Origin: Eledone cirrhosa
Taxonomy: Eukaryota
Direction: 5' to 3'
Length of the DNA stretch: 64,000 nucleotides
Assembly (NCBI GenBank): GCA_964016885.1
Contig: OZ024741.1
Location: 413,106,001 to 413,170,000, forward strand
Notes under the pieces: generated by a model
Seen by the model: the letters and a program-made list of their open reading frames with translations, nothing else
Told to the model about the DNA's origin: nothing
Database searches by the model: none
Made by a program: the position numbers and the translations under genes
Shown here: piece by piece, positions 38,901 through 53,900 of the stretch
Position numbering within the stretch: the first letter of the stretch is position 1
Layout: each line of letters starts with the position of its first letter

Positions 38901-41900
38901 TTGGAGGTAAATATTACACCAGTTTCACTTCGGAGGGGAATATTACACCAGTTTCACTTTGGAGGTGAATATTACACCAGTTTCACTTTGGGGGTTAATA
39001 TTTCACCAGTTTCAATTTGGGGGTGATATTACAGCTGTTTTAATTTGGAGGGGAATATTACACGAGTTGCATTTGGAGGAGTATATTACATCAGTTTCAC
39101 TTTGGTGGTTAAATATTTCACCAGTTTCAATTTGGGGGTGAATATTACAGCAGTTTCACTTTGGAGGGGAATATTGCAGCAGTTTCACTTTGAATGTGAA
39201 TATTACACCAGTTTCACTTTGGGAGTGAATATTACACCAGTTTCACTTTGGAGGTGAATATTACACCAGTTTCACTCTGGAGGTGAATATTACACCAGTT
39301 TCAATTTGGATGGGAATATAAGGCCTATTTAACTTTTGGGGGGAATATTACACCTGTTTCACTTTGGAGGGGAATATTACTGCTGTTTCACTTTGGATGA
39401 GAATATTACACTGGTTTCACTGTGGAGGGCAATTTTACACCTGTTTCACTTTGGAGGGGAATATTACAGCAGTTTCACTTTGGCGGGGAATATTACACCA
39501 GTTTCACTTAGGAGGGGAATATTACACCAGTTTCACTTTGGGGGGGTTAAACATTTCACCAGTTTACCTTTGGGGATGAATATGACACCAGTTTCACTTT
39601 GCGGGTGAATATTACACCAGTTTCACTTTGGAGGGGAATATTACACCTGTTTCACTTTGGAGGTGAATGTTACACCAGTTTCAATTTTGGAGGGGAATAT
39701 TACACCAGTTTCACTTTGGAAGGGAATATTACACCAGTTTCACTTAGGCGGTTAAATATTTCACCAGTTTTAATTTTGGGGTGAATATTACAGCAGTTTC
39801 ACTTTGGAAGGGAATATTACACCAGTTTCACTTTGGAGGGGAATATTACACCAGTTTCACTTTGGAGGGGAACATTACACCAGTTTCACTTTGGGGGTGA
39901 ATATTACACCAGTTTCACTTTGGAGGTGAATATTACACCAGTTTCACTTTGGGGGTGAATATTACACCAGTTTTACTTTGGAGGTGAATAATACACCAGT
40001 TTCACTTTGGGGGTGAATATTACACCAGTCTTACTTTGGGGGTGAATATTACACCAGTTTTACTTTGGAGGTGAATAATACACCAGTTTCACTTTGGGGG
40101 TGAATATTACACCATTTTCAATTTGGATGGGAATATTACACCAGTTGCATTTGGAGGAGAATATTACACCAGTTTCACTTTGGCGGTTAAATAATTCACC
40201 AGTTTCAATTTAAGGCTGAATATTACAGCAGTTTCACTTTGGATGTGAATATTACACCAGTTTCACTTTGGGGGCAATATTACACCAGTTTCACTTTGGA
40301 GGGGAATATTACAGCAGTTTCACTTTGGAGCGGAATATTAAACGTGTTTCACTTTGAGGGTGAATATTACACCAGTTTCAATTTGAAGGTGAATATTAGA
40401 CCAGTTTCACTTTGGAGGGGAATATTACACCCGTTTCACTTTGTGGGGGAATATTACACCAGTTTCACTCTAGAGATGAATAGTACACCAGTTTCACTTT
40501 GCGGGTGAATATTACACCAGTTTCACTTTGGAGTGGAATATTACACCGGTTTCCCTTTGGGGGTGAATATTACACCAGTTTCACTTTCGAGCTGAAAATT
40601 ACACCAGTTTCAATTTGGGGGTGAATATTACACCAGTTTCATTTTGGGGGTAAAAATTACACCAGTTTCACTTTGGAGGGGAATATTACACCAGTTTTAC
40701 TTCTGAGGTGAATATTACACCAGTTTTACTTTGGAGGTGAATATTAAACCTGTTTCACATTGGAGGTGAAGATTACACCAGTTTCATTTTGGGGGTGATT
40801 ATTACACAAGTTTCAATTTGGAGGGGAATATTACACCAGTTTCACTTTGGGGGTTAAATATTTCACCAGTTTCAATTTGGGGGTGAATATTACAGCAGTT
40901 TCACTTTGGAGGGGAATATTACAACAGTTTCACTTTGGAGGGGAATATTACACCAGTTTAACTATGGTGGGGAATATTAGACCAGTTTCACTTTGGGGGG
41001 AATATTACCCCAGTTTAACTTTGGGGGGAATATTACACCAGTTTTACTTTGGAGGGGAATATTACACCAGTTTCACTTTAGAGGTGAATATTACACCAGT
41101 TTCAATTTGGAGGGGAATATTACACCAGTTTCACTTTGGAGGGGAATATTACAGCAGTTTCACTTTGGGGCTTAAACATTTCACCAGTTTCCCTTTGGGG
41201 ATGAATATTACACCAGTTTCACTTTGGGGATGAATATTACACCAGTTTCACTTTGGAGGGGAATATTACACCTGTTTCACTTTGGAGGTGAATATTACAC
41301 CAGTTTCAGTTTGGAGAGGAATATTACACCAGTTTCAATTTGGAGGGGAATATTACACCAGTTTCACTTTGAGGGGAATATTACACCACTTTCTCTCTGG
41401 AGTTGAATATTACACCAGTTTCACTGTGGGGGTGAATATTAAACCAGTTTTACTTTGGAGGTGAATATTACACCAGTTTCACTTTCGGAGTGAATATTAC
41501 ACCACTTTCAATTTGGAGGGGAATATTACACGAGTTGCATTTGGAGGAGTATATTTCTCTCTGGAGTTGAATATTACACCAGTTTCACTTTGGGGGTGAA
41601 TATTAAACCAGTTTTACTTTGGAGGTGAATATTACACCAGTTTCACTTTCGGAGTGAATATTACACCACTTTCAATTTGGAGGGGAATATTACACGAGTT
41701 GCATTTGGAGGAGTATATATAACCACCAGTTTCACTTTGGTGGTTAAATATTTCACCAGTTTCAATTTGGGGGTGAATATTACAGCAGTTTCTCTTTGGA
41801 GGGGAATATTACAGCAGCTTCACTTTGGATGTGAATATTACACCAGTTTCACTTTGGGGGTGAATATTACACCAGTTTCACTTTGGAGGGGAATATTACA

Positions 41901-44900
41901 CCAGTTTCACTTTGGGTGTGAATATTACACCATTTTCACTTTGGAGGGGAATGTTACACCTGTTTCACTTTGGGGGTGAATATTACACCAGTTTCACTTT
42001 GGAGTGGAATATTACACCAGTTTCACTTTGGGAGGATAATATTACACCAGTTTCTCTCTGGAGATGAATATTACACCAGTTTCAATTTGGAGGGGAATAT
42101 TACACCAGTTTTACTTCTGAGGTGAATATTACACCAGTTTTACTTTGGAGGTGAATATTAAACCTGTTTCACTTTTGGAGTGAATATTACACCAGTTTCA
42201 ATTTGGTGGGGAATATTACACGAGTTGCATTTGGAGGAGAATATTACACCAGTTTCACTTTGTGGGTTAAATATTTCACTAGTTTCAATTTGAGGGTGAA
42301 TATTACAGCAGGTTCACTTTGGAGGGGAATTTTACAGCAGTTTCACTTTGGATGTGAATATTACACCAGTTTCACTTTGGGGGTGAATATTACACCAGTT
42401 TCACTTTGGAGGGGGAATATTACACCAGTTTCATTCTGGAGGTGAATATTACACCAGTTTCAATTTGGAGGTGAATATTACATCAGGTTCAGTTTGGAGG
42501 GGAATATTACACCAGTTTCACTTTGGAGGTGAATATTACACCAGTTTCACTTTGGGGGTGAATATTACACCAGTTTCACTTTGGGGGTTAAATATTTCAC
42601 CAGTTTCAATCTGGGGGTGAATATTACAGCAGTTTCACTTTGGAGCGGAATATTATACGTGTTTAACTTTGAGGGTGAATATTATACCAGTTTCAATTTG
42701 GAGGTGAATATTACACCAGTTTCACTTTCGTGGTGAATATTACACCAGTTTCAATTTGGGAGTGAACATTACACCAGTTTCACTTTGGGAGTGAATATTA
42801 CACCAGTTTCACTATGGAGGGGAATATTACACCTGTTTCACTTTGGGGTTGAATATTACACCAGTTTCACTTTGGAGGGCCATATTGCACCAGTTTCACG
42901 TTGAAGGTGAATATTACACCAGTTTCACTTCGGAGAGGAATATTACACCAGTTTCAATTTGGGGGTGAATATTACACCAGTTTCACTTTGGAGGTGAATA
43001 TTACAGCAGTTTCACTTTGGAGGTGAATATTACACCAGTTTCACTTTGTAGGTGAATATTACACCAGTTCACCCTTGAAGCGAATATTACACCAGTTTCA
43101 CTTTGGAGGGGAATATTACACCACATTTACTTCTGGGCTGAATATTACACCAGTTTTACTTTGGAGGTGAATATTACACCAGTTTCACTTTTGGAGTGAA
43201 TATTACACCAGTTCCAATTTGGAGGGGAATATTACACCAGTTTCACTTTGGGGGGAATATTACACCAGTTTCACTTTGGAGGGGAATATTACACCAGTTT
43301 CACCCTGGAGGTGAATATTACACCTGTTTCACTTTGGGGGTGAACATTACACCAGTTTCACTTTGGAGTGGAATATTACACCAGTTTCACTTTGGGAGGA
43401 TAATATTACACCAGTTTCTCTCTGGAGATGAATTTTACACCAGTTTCATTTTGGGGGTAAATAATACACCAGTTTTACTTCTGAGGTGAATATTACACCA
43501 GTTTTACTTTGGAGGTGAATATTAAACCTGTTTCACTTTGGAGTGGAAGATTACACCAGTTTCATTTTGGGGGTGATTATTACACCTGTTTCAATTTGTA
43601 GGGGAATATTACACCAGTTTCACTTTGGGGGTTAAATATTTCACCAGTTTCAATTTGGGTGTGAATATTACAGCAGTTTCACTTTGGAGGGGAATATTAC
43701 ACCAGTTTCACTTTGGCGGGGAATATTACACCAGTTTCAATTTGGAGGGGAATATTACACCAGTTTCACTTTGGAGGGGAATATTACACCAGTATCACTT
43801 TGGTGGGGAATATTACACCAGTTTCACTTTGGGGGGAATATTACACCAGTTTAACTTTGGGGGGGAATATTACACTAGTTTAACTTTGGAGCGGAATATT
43901 ACACCAGTTTCACTCTGGAGATGAATATTACACCAGTTTCACTTTGGATGTGAATATTACACGAGTTTCAATTTGGGGGTGAATATTACACCAGTTTCCC
44001 TATGGAGGTGAATATTACACCAGTTTCACTTTGGAGGTTAATATTACACCAATTTCAATTTGGAGGGGAATATTACACCAGTTTCACTTTAGAGGTGAAT
44101 ATTACACCAGTTTTAATTTGGAAGGGAATATTACACCAGTTTCACTTTGGGGGTTAAACATTTCACCAGTTTCCCTTTGGGGATGAATATTACACCAGTT
44201 TCACTTTGGGGATGAATATTACACCAGTTTCACTTTGGAGGGGAATATTACACCTGTTTCACTTTGGAGGTGAATATTACACCAGTTTCAGTTTGGGGAG
44301 GAATATTACACCAGTTTAACTTTGGAGGGGAATATTACACCAGTTTCACTTTGGAGGTAAATATTACACCAGTTTCACTTTGGTGGGGAATATTAGACCA
44401 GTTTCACTTTGGGGGGAATATTAGACCAGTTTAACTTTGGGGGGAATATTACACCAGTTTCACTTTGGAGGGGAATATTACACCAGTTTCACTTTAGAGG
44501 TGAATATTACACCAGTTTCAATTTGGAGGGGAATATTACACCAGTTTCACTTTGGAGGGGAATATTACAGCAGTTTCACTTTGGGGCTTAAACATTTCAC
44601 CAGTTTCCCTTTGGGGATGAATATTACACCAGTTTCACTTTGGGGATGAATATTACACCAGTTTCACTTTGGAGGGGAATATTACACCTGTTTCACTTTG
44701 GAGGTGAATATTACACCAGTTTCAGTTTGGAGAGGAATATTACACCAGTTTCAATTTGGAGGGGAATATTACACCAGTTTCACTTTGAGGGGAATATTAC
44801 ACCACTTTCTCTCTGGAGTTGAATATTACACCAGTTTTACTTTGGAGGTGAATATTACACCAGTTTCACTTTCGGAGTGAATATTACACCAGTTTCAATT

Positions 44901-47900
44901 TGGAGGGGAATATTACACGAGTTGCATTTGGAGGAGTATATTACACCAGTTTCACTTTGGTGGTTAAATATTTCACCCGTTTCAATTGGGGGGTGAATAT
45001 TACAGCAGTTTCTCTTTGGAGGGGAATATTACAGCAGCTTCACTTTGGATGTGAATATTACACCAGTTTCACTTTGGGGGTGAATATTACACCAGTTTCA
45101 CTTTGGAGGGGGATATTACACCAGTTTCACTTTGGGTGTGAATATTACACCATTTTCACTTTGGAGGGGAACGTTACACCTGTTTCACTTTGGGGGTGAA
45201 TATTACACCAGTTTCACTTTGGAGTGGAATATTACACCAGTTTCACTTTGGGAGGATAATATTACACCAGTTTCTCTCTGGAGATGAATATTACACCAGT
45301 TTCAATTTGGAGGGGAATATTACACCAGTTTTACTTCTGAGGTGAATATTACACCAGTTTTACTTTGGAGGTGAATATTAAACCTGTTTCACTTTCGGAG
45401 TGAATATTACACCAGTTTCAATTTGGTGGGGAATATTACACGAGTTGCATTTGGAGGAGAATATTACACCAGTTTCACTTTGTGGGTTAAATATTTCACT
45501 AGTTTCAATTTGAGGGTGAATATTACAGCAGGTTCACTTTGGAGGGGAATTTTACAGCAGTTTCACTTTGGATGTGAATATTACACCAGTTTCACTTTGG
45601 GGGTGAATATTACACCAGTTTCACTTTGGAGGGGGAATATTACGCCAGTTTCAGTTTGGGGAGGAATATTACACCAGTTTCACTTTGGAGGGGAATATGA
45701 CACCAGTTTCACTTTGGAGGTAAATATTACACCAGTTTCACTTCGGAGGGGAATATTACACCAGTTTCACTTTGGAGGTGAATATTACACCAGTTTCACT
45801 TTGGGGTTTAATATTTCACCAGTTCCAATTTGGGTGTGATATTACAGCTGTTTTAATTTGGAGGGGAATATTACACGAGTTGCATTTGGAGGAGTATATT
45901 ACACCAGTTTCACTTTGGTGGTTAAATATTTCACCAGTTTCAATTTGGGGGTGAATATTACATCAGTTTCACTTTGGAGGGGAATATTACAGCAGTTTCA
46001 CTTTGGATGTGAATATTACACCAGTTTCACTTTGGGAGTGAATATTACACCAGTTTCACTTTGGAGGTGAATATTACACCAGTTTCACTCTGGAGGTGAA
46101 TATTACACCAGTTTCAATTTGGAGGGGAATATTACACTAGTTTCACTTTGGAGGTGAATATTACACCAGTTTCAATTGGAGGGGAATATTACACCAGTTT
46201 CACTTTGGAGGTGAATATTACACCAGTTTCATTTTGGGGGTTAAATATTTCACCAGTTTCAATTTGGGGGTGAATATTACAGCAGTTTCACTTTGGAGCG
46301 GAGTATTACACGTGTTTCATTTTGGGTGTAAATATTACAGCAGTTTCACTTTGGCGGGGAATATTACACCAGTTTTACTTCTGAGGTTAATATTACACCA
46401 GTTTTACTTTGTAGGTGAATATTAAACCTGTTTCACTTTGGAGGGGAAGATTACACCAGTTTAATTTTGGCGGTGATTATTACACCAGTTTCAATTTGAA
46501 GGGGAATATTACACCAGTTTCACTTTGGGGGTTAAATATTTCACCAGTTTCAATTTGGGGTGAATATTACAGCAGTTTCACTTTGGAGGGGAATATTACA
46601 CCAGTTTCACTTTGGAGGGGAATATTACACCAGTTTCACTTTGGAGGGGAATATTACACCAGTTTCACTTTGGTGGGGAATATTACACCAGTTTCACTTG
46701 GGGGGGGGGGAAATATTACACCAGTTTAACTGTGGGGGGAATATTACAATAGTTTAACGTTGGAGCGGAATATTACACCAGTTTCACTCTGGAGATGAAT
46801 ATTACACCAGTTTCACTCTGGAGGTGAATATTACACCAGTTTCAATTTGGAGGTGAATATTGCACCAGTTTCACTTTGGAGGTGAATATTACACCAGTTT
46901 CAATTTGGAGGGGAATATTACACCAGTTTCACTTTAGAGGTGAATATTACACCAGTTTCAATTTGGAGGGGAATATTACACCAGTTTCACTTTGGAGGGG
47001 AATATTACACCAGTTTCACTTTGGGGGTTAAACATTTCACCAGTTTCCCTTTGGGGATGAATATTACACCAGTTTCACTTTGGGGATGAATATTACACCA
47101 GTTTCACTTTGGAGGGGAATATTACACCAGTTTCACTTTGGAGGGGAATATTACACCAGTTTCACTTTGGGGGTGAATATTACACCAGTTTCACTTTGGA
47201 GGTGAATATTACACCAGTTTTACTTCTGAGGTGAATATTACACCAGTTTTACTTTGGAGGTGAATATTACACCAGTTTCACTTCCGGAGTGAATATTACA
47301 ACAGTTTCAATTTGGTGGGGAATATTACACGAGTTGCATTTGGAGGAGAATATTACACCAGTTTCACTTTGTGGGTTAAATATTTCACTAGTTTCAATTT
47401 GAGGGTGAATATTACAGCAGGTTCACTTTGGAGGGGAATTTTACAGCAGTTTCACTTTGGATGTGAATATTACACCAGTTTCACTTTGTGGGTGAATATT
47501 ACACCAGTTTCACTTTGGAGGGGGAATATTACACCAGTTTCACTCTGGAGGTGAATATTACACCAGTTTTAATTTGGAGGTGAATATTACACCAGGTTCA
47601 GTTTGGAGGGGAATATTACACCAGTTTCACTTTGGAGGTGAATATTACACCAGTTTCACTTTGGGGGTGAATATTACACCAGTTTCACTTTGGGGGTTAA
47701 ATATTTCACCAGTTTCAATTTGGGGGTGAATATTACAGCAGTTTCACTTTGGGAATATTATACGTGTTTAACTTTGAGGGTGAATATTACACCAGTTTCA
47801 ATTTGGAGGTGAATATTACACCAGTTTCACTTTCGCGGTGAATATTACACCAGTTTCAATTTGGGAGTGAACATTACACCAGTTTCACTTTGGGAGTGAA

Positions 47901-50900
47901 TATTACACCAGTTTCACTATGGAGGGGAATATTACACCTGTTTCACTTTGGGGTTGAATATTACACCAGTTTCACTTTGGAGGGGAATATTGCACCAGTT
48001 TCACTTTGAAGGTGAATATTACACCAGTTTCACTTCGGAGTGGAATATTACACCAGTTTCAATTTGGGGGTGAATATTACACCAGTTTCACTTTGGAGGT
48101 GAATATTACAGCAGTTTCACTTTGTAGGTGAATATTACACCAGTTTCACCCTTGAAGCGAATATTACACCAGTTTCACTATGGAGGGGAATATTACACCA
48201 CATTTACTTCTGGGCTGAATATTACACCAGTTTTACTTTGGAGGTGAATATTACACCAGTTTCACTTTTGGGGTGAATATTACACCAGTTTCAATTTGGG
48301 GGGAATATTACAACAGTTTCACTTTGGAGGGGAATATTACACCAGTTTCACTCTGGATGTGAATATTACACCAGTTTCACTTTGTGGGTGAATATTACGC
48401 CAGTTTCACTTTGGAGGGGAATATTACACCAGGTTCACTTTGGAGAGGAATATTACACCAGTTTAACTTTGGAGGGTAATATTACACCCGTTTCACTTTT
48501 TGGGGAATATCACACCAGTTTCACTCTAGTGATGAAGACTACACCACTTTCACTTTGCGGGTGAATATTACACCAGTTTCACTTTGGAGTGGAATATTAC
48601 ACCAGTTTCACTTTGGGGGTAAATATTACACCAGTTGCACTTTGGAGCTGAATATTACACCAGTTTCAATTTGGGGTGAATATTACACCAGTTTCACTTG
48701 GGGAGGAATATTACACCAGTTTGTCTCTGGAGATGAATATTACACCAGTTTCACTTTGGATGGGAATATTACACCAGTTTCACTCTGGAGGTGTATATTA
48801 CACCAGTTTCACTTTGTAGATGAATATTACGTCCGTTTCACTTTGGGGGGAATATTACACCAGTTTCACTCTAGATATGAATATTACACCAGTTTCAATT
48901 CGGGGGTGAATATTACACCAGTTTCATTTTGAAGGGGAATATTACTCCAGTTTCAATTTGGAGGTGAATATTACACCAGTTTCAATTTGGAGGGGAATAT
49001 TACACCAGTTTCACGTTGGGGGTGAATATTACACGAGTTTCACTTTGGAGGGGAATATTACACCAATTTCACTTTGGAGGGAAATATTAGACCAGTTTCA
49101 CTTTGGAGGTGAATATTACACGAGTTTCACTTTGAAGGTGAATATTACACCAGTTTCACCTTGGAGGGGAATATTACCCCAGTTTCACTCTGGGGGTTAA
49201 ATATTTCACCAGTTTCAATTTGGGGGTGAATATTACAGCAGTTTCACTTTGGAGCGGAATATTATACGTGTTTCACTTTGGATGTGAATATTACACCAGT
49301 TTCACTTTGGGGGTGAATATTACACCAGTTTCACTCTGGAGGGGAATATTACACCAGTTTCACTCTGGAGGTGAATATTACACCAATTTCAATTTGGAGG
49401 TGAATATTACACCAGTTTCAATTTGGAGGGTAATATTACACCAGTTTCACTTTGGAGATGAATATTACACCAGTTTCACTTTGGAGGCGAATATTACACC
49501 AGTTTCACGTTGGAGGTGATTATTACCCCAGTTTCACTTTGGGGGTTAAATATTTCACCAGTTTCAATTTGGGGTGAATATTACAGCAGTTTCACTTTGG
49601 AGCGGAATATTATATGTGTTTCACTTTGAGGGTGAATATTACACCAGTTTCAGTTTGGAGGTGAATATTACACCAGTTTTACTTTGGAGCGGAATATTTC
49701 ACCAGTTTCAATTTGGAGGTGAATATTACACCAGTTTCACTTTCGTGGTGAATATTACACCAGTTTCAATTTGGGAGTGAACATTACACCAGTTTCACAT
49801 TGGGAGTGAATATTACACCAGTCTCACTTTGGAGGGGAATATTACACCTGTTTCACTTTGGTGGGCAATATTACTCCAGTTTCACTTTGGAGGGGAATAT
49901 TACACCAGTTTTACTTTGGAGCGGAATATTACACCAGTTTCATTTTGGAGGTGAATATTACACCAGTTTCACTTTGCAGGGGAATATTACACCCGTTTCA
50001 CTTTGGGGGAATATTACACCAGTTTCACTCTAGAGATGAATACAACACCGCTTTCACTTTGCGGGTGAATATTACATCAGTTTCACTTTGGAGTGGAATA
50101 TTACAACAGTTTCACTTTGGGGGTGAATATTACACCAGTTTCACTTTGGGGGTGAATATTACACCAGTTTCACTTTGGAGGTGAATATTATACCAGTTTC
50201 ACTTTGGGGGGAATATTTCACCAGTTTCACTTTGAGGGTGAATATTACACCAGTTTCAGTTTGGAGGGGATTATTACACCAGTTTCACTTTGAGAGTGAA
50301 TATTACACCAGTTTCACTTTGAAGGGGAATATAACACCAGTTTCACTTTGGAGGGGAATATTACACCAGTTTCACTTTGGAGAGGAATGTTACACCTGTT
50401 TTGCTTTGCAGGTGAATATTACACCTGTTTTACTTTGGAGGGGAATATTACACTTGTTTCACTTGAGGGGGGATATCACACCTGTTTCATTTTGGAGGGG
50501 AATATTACACCTGTTTTACTTTGTGGGTGAATATTACACCTGTTTCACTTTGGTGGGGAATATTACACCAGTTTTAATTTGGAGGGGAATATTACACCAG
50601 TTTCACTTTGTGGTTGAATATTACACCAGTTTCACTTTGGAGGTGAATATTACACCAGTTTCACTTTGAAGGGGAATATTACACCAGTTTCACTTTGGAG
50701 GTTAATATTACACCAGTTTCAATTTGGAGGGGAATATTACAGCAGTTTCATTTTGGAGGGGAATATTACACCAGTTTCGCTTTGGGGGTGAATATTACAC
50801 GACTTTCACTTTGGAGGGGAATATTACACCAGTTTCACTGTGCTGGTGAATATTACACCAGTTTCACTTTGGGGGTGAATATTACACGGTTTCGCTTTGG

Positions 50901-53900
50901 AGGGGAATATTATACCAGTTTCAATTTGGGAGTGAACATTACACCAGTTTAACTTTGGAGGTGAATATTACACCAGTTTCACTTTGGGGGTGAATATTAG
51001 AGCAGTTTCACTTTGGGAGCGAATATTACACCAGTTTAACTTTGGAGGTGAATATTACACCTGTTTACTTTGGGGGTGAATATTACACCTGTTTCACTTT
51101 GGAGGGGAATATTACGCCAGTTTAACTTTGGAGGGGAATATTACACCACTTTCACTTTGGGGGGAATATTACACCAGTTTCACTTTGAGGGTGAATATTA
51201 CACCAGTTTCCCTTTGGAGGGGATTATTACACCAGTTTCACTTTGGAGGGGAATATTACACCAGTTTCACTTTGGGGGTGAATATTACACCAGTTTCACT
51301 TTGGAGGTGAATATTTTACCAGTTTCAATTTGGGCGTGAATATTACACCAGTTTCACTTTGGAGGGGAATATTACACCTGTTTCACTTTGTAGGTGAATA
51401 TAACACCTGTTTCACTTTGGAGGGGAATATTACACCAGTTTCACTTCTGAGAGGAATGTTACACCTGTTTTGCTTTGCAGATGAATATTACACCTTTTTT
51501 ACTTTGGAGGGGAATATTACACTTGTTTCACTTTGGGGGGGGGGGGATATCACACCTGTTTCACTTTGGAGGGGAATATTACACCTGTTTTACTTTGTGG
51601 GTGAATATTACACCTGTTTCACTTCGGTGGGGAATATTACACCAGTTTCACTTTGTGTGTGAATATTACGCCAGTTTCACTTTGTAGGGGAATATTACAC
51701 CTGTTTTACTTTGTGGGTGAATATTACACCAGTTTCACTTTGTGGGTGAATATTACGCCAGTTTCACTTTGGAGGGGAATACTACACCAGTTTTACTTTG
51801 GAGCGGAATATTACACCAGTTTCACTTTGGGGGTTAATATTAAAGCAGTTTCACGTTGGAGGGGATTATTACACCTGTTTCACTTGGGGCGGGGGGATAT
51901 TACACCAGTTTCATTTTGGAGGGAATATTACACCAGTTTCACTCTGGAGATGAATATTAGACTAGTTTCAATTTGGGGATGAATACTACAGTAGTTTCAC
52001 TTTGGAGGTGAATATAACACCAGTTTCATTTTGGAGAGGAATATTACACCAGTTTCAATTTGGGAGGGGGGTATATTACACAAGTTTCACTTTGGAGGAG
52101 AATATTACATCTATTTCACTAGGGGGGGAATATTACACCAGTTTCGGTCTGCAGGTGAATATTACACCAATTTCACTTTGGAGGGGAATATTACACCACT
52201 TTCACTTTGGGGGGAATATTACACCAGTTTCACTTTGAGGGTGAATATTACACCAGTTTCACTTTGGAGGGGATTATTACTCCAGTTTCACTTTGGAGGG
52301 AAATATTACACCAGTTTCACTTTGGGGGTGAATATTACACCAGTTTCACTTTGGAGGTGAATATTATACCAGTTTCAATTTGGGCGTGAATATTACACCA
52401 GTTTCACTTTGGAGGGGAATATTACACCTGTTTCACTTTGTAGGTGAATATAACACCAGTTTCACTTTGGAGGGGAATATTACACCAGTTTCACTTTGGA
52501 GAGGAATGTTACACCTGTTTTGCTTTGCAGGTGAATATTACACCTTTTTTACTTTGGAGGGGAATATTACACTTGTTTCACTTTGGGGGGGGGGGGAAAT
52601 ATCACACCTGTCTCACTTTGGAGGGGAATATTACACCTGTTTTACTTGGGGGGGATATTACACCAGTTTCAACCTGGGGAGGGGGGATATTACACCTGTT
52701 TTAATTTGGAGGGGAATATTACACCAGTTTCACTTTGGGGTTGAATATTACACCAGTTTCACTTTGGAGGTGAATATTACACCAGTTTCACTTTGGAGAT
52801 GAATATTACACCAGTTTCAATTTGGAGGGGAATATTACAGCAGTTTTATTTTGGAGGGGTATATTACACCAGTTTCGCTTTGGGGGTGAATATTACACGA
52901 CTTTCACTTTGGAGGGGAATATTACACCAGTTTCACTGTGCTGGTGAATATTACACCAGTTTCACTTTGGAGTTGAATATTACACGAGTTTCGCTTTGGG
53001 GGTGAATATTAGACCAGTTCCACTTTGGGCGTGAATATTACACCAGTTTCACTTTGGAGGGGTATATTACACCTGTTTACTTTGGGGGTGAATATTACAC
53101 CAGTTTCTCTTTGGAGGGGAACATTACACCAGTTTTACTTTGGAGGGGAATATTACACCAGTTTCACTTTGGAGGGGAATATTACACCAGGTTCACTTTG
53201 TGGGTGAATATTACACCAGTTTCACTTTGGAGGGGAATATTACACCATTTTCACTTTGGGGGTGAATATTACACCAGTTTCACTTTGGAGGTGAATATTA
53301 TACCAGTTTCAATTGGGGCGTGAATATTACACCAGTTTCACTTTGGAGGTGAATATAACACCAGTTTCACTTTGGAGGGGAATATTACGCCAGTTCAATT
53401 TGGGAGTGAACATTACACCAGTTTCACTTTGGAGGTGAATATTACACCAGTTTCACTTTAGGAGTGAATATTACACCAGTTTCATTTTGGGAGTGAATAT
53501 TACACCTGTTTTACTTTGGAGGGGAATATTACACCTGTTTCACTTTGATGGGGGATATTACACCTGTTTCACTTTGGAGGAGAATATTACACCTGTTTCA
53601 CCTGGGGGGGGGGATATCACACCAGTTTCAACCTAGGGGGGGGGGGGATATTACACCTTATTTACTTTGGAGGGGAATATTACACCAGTTTCACTTTGAG
53701 GGTGAATATTACACCAGTTTCACTTTGGAGGGGATTATTACACCAGTTTCACTTTGAGGGTGAATATTACACCAGTTTCACTTTGAAGGGGAATATTACA
53801 CCAGTTTCACTTTGGGGGTGAATATTACACCAGTTTCACTTTGGAGGTGAATATTATACCAGTTTCAATTTTGGCGTGAATACACCAGTTTCAATTTGGA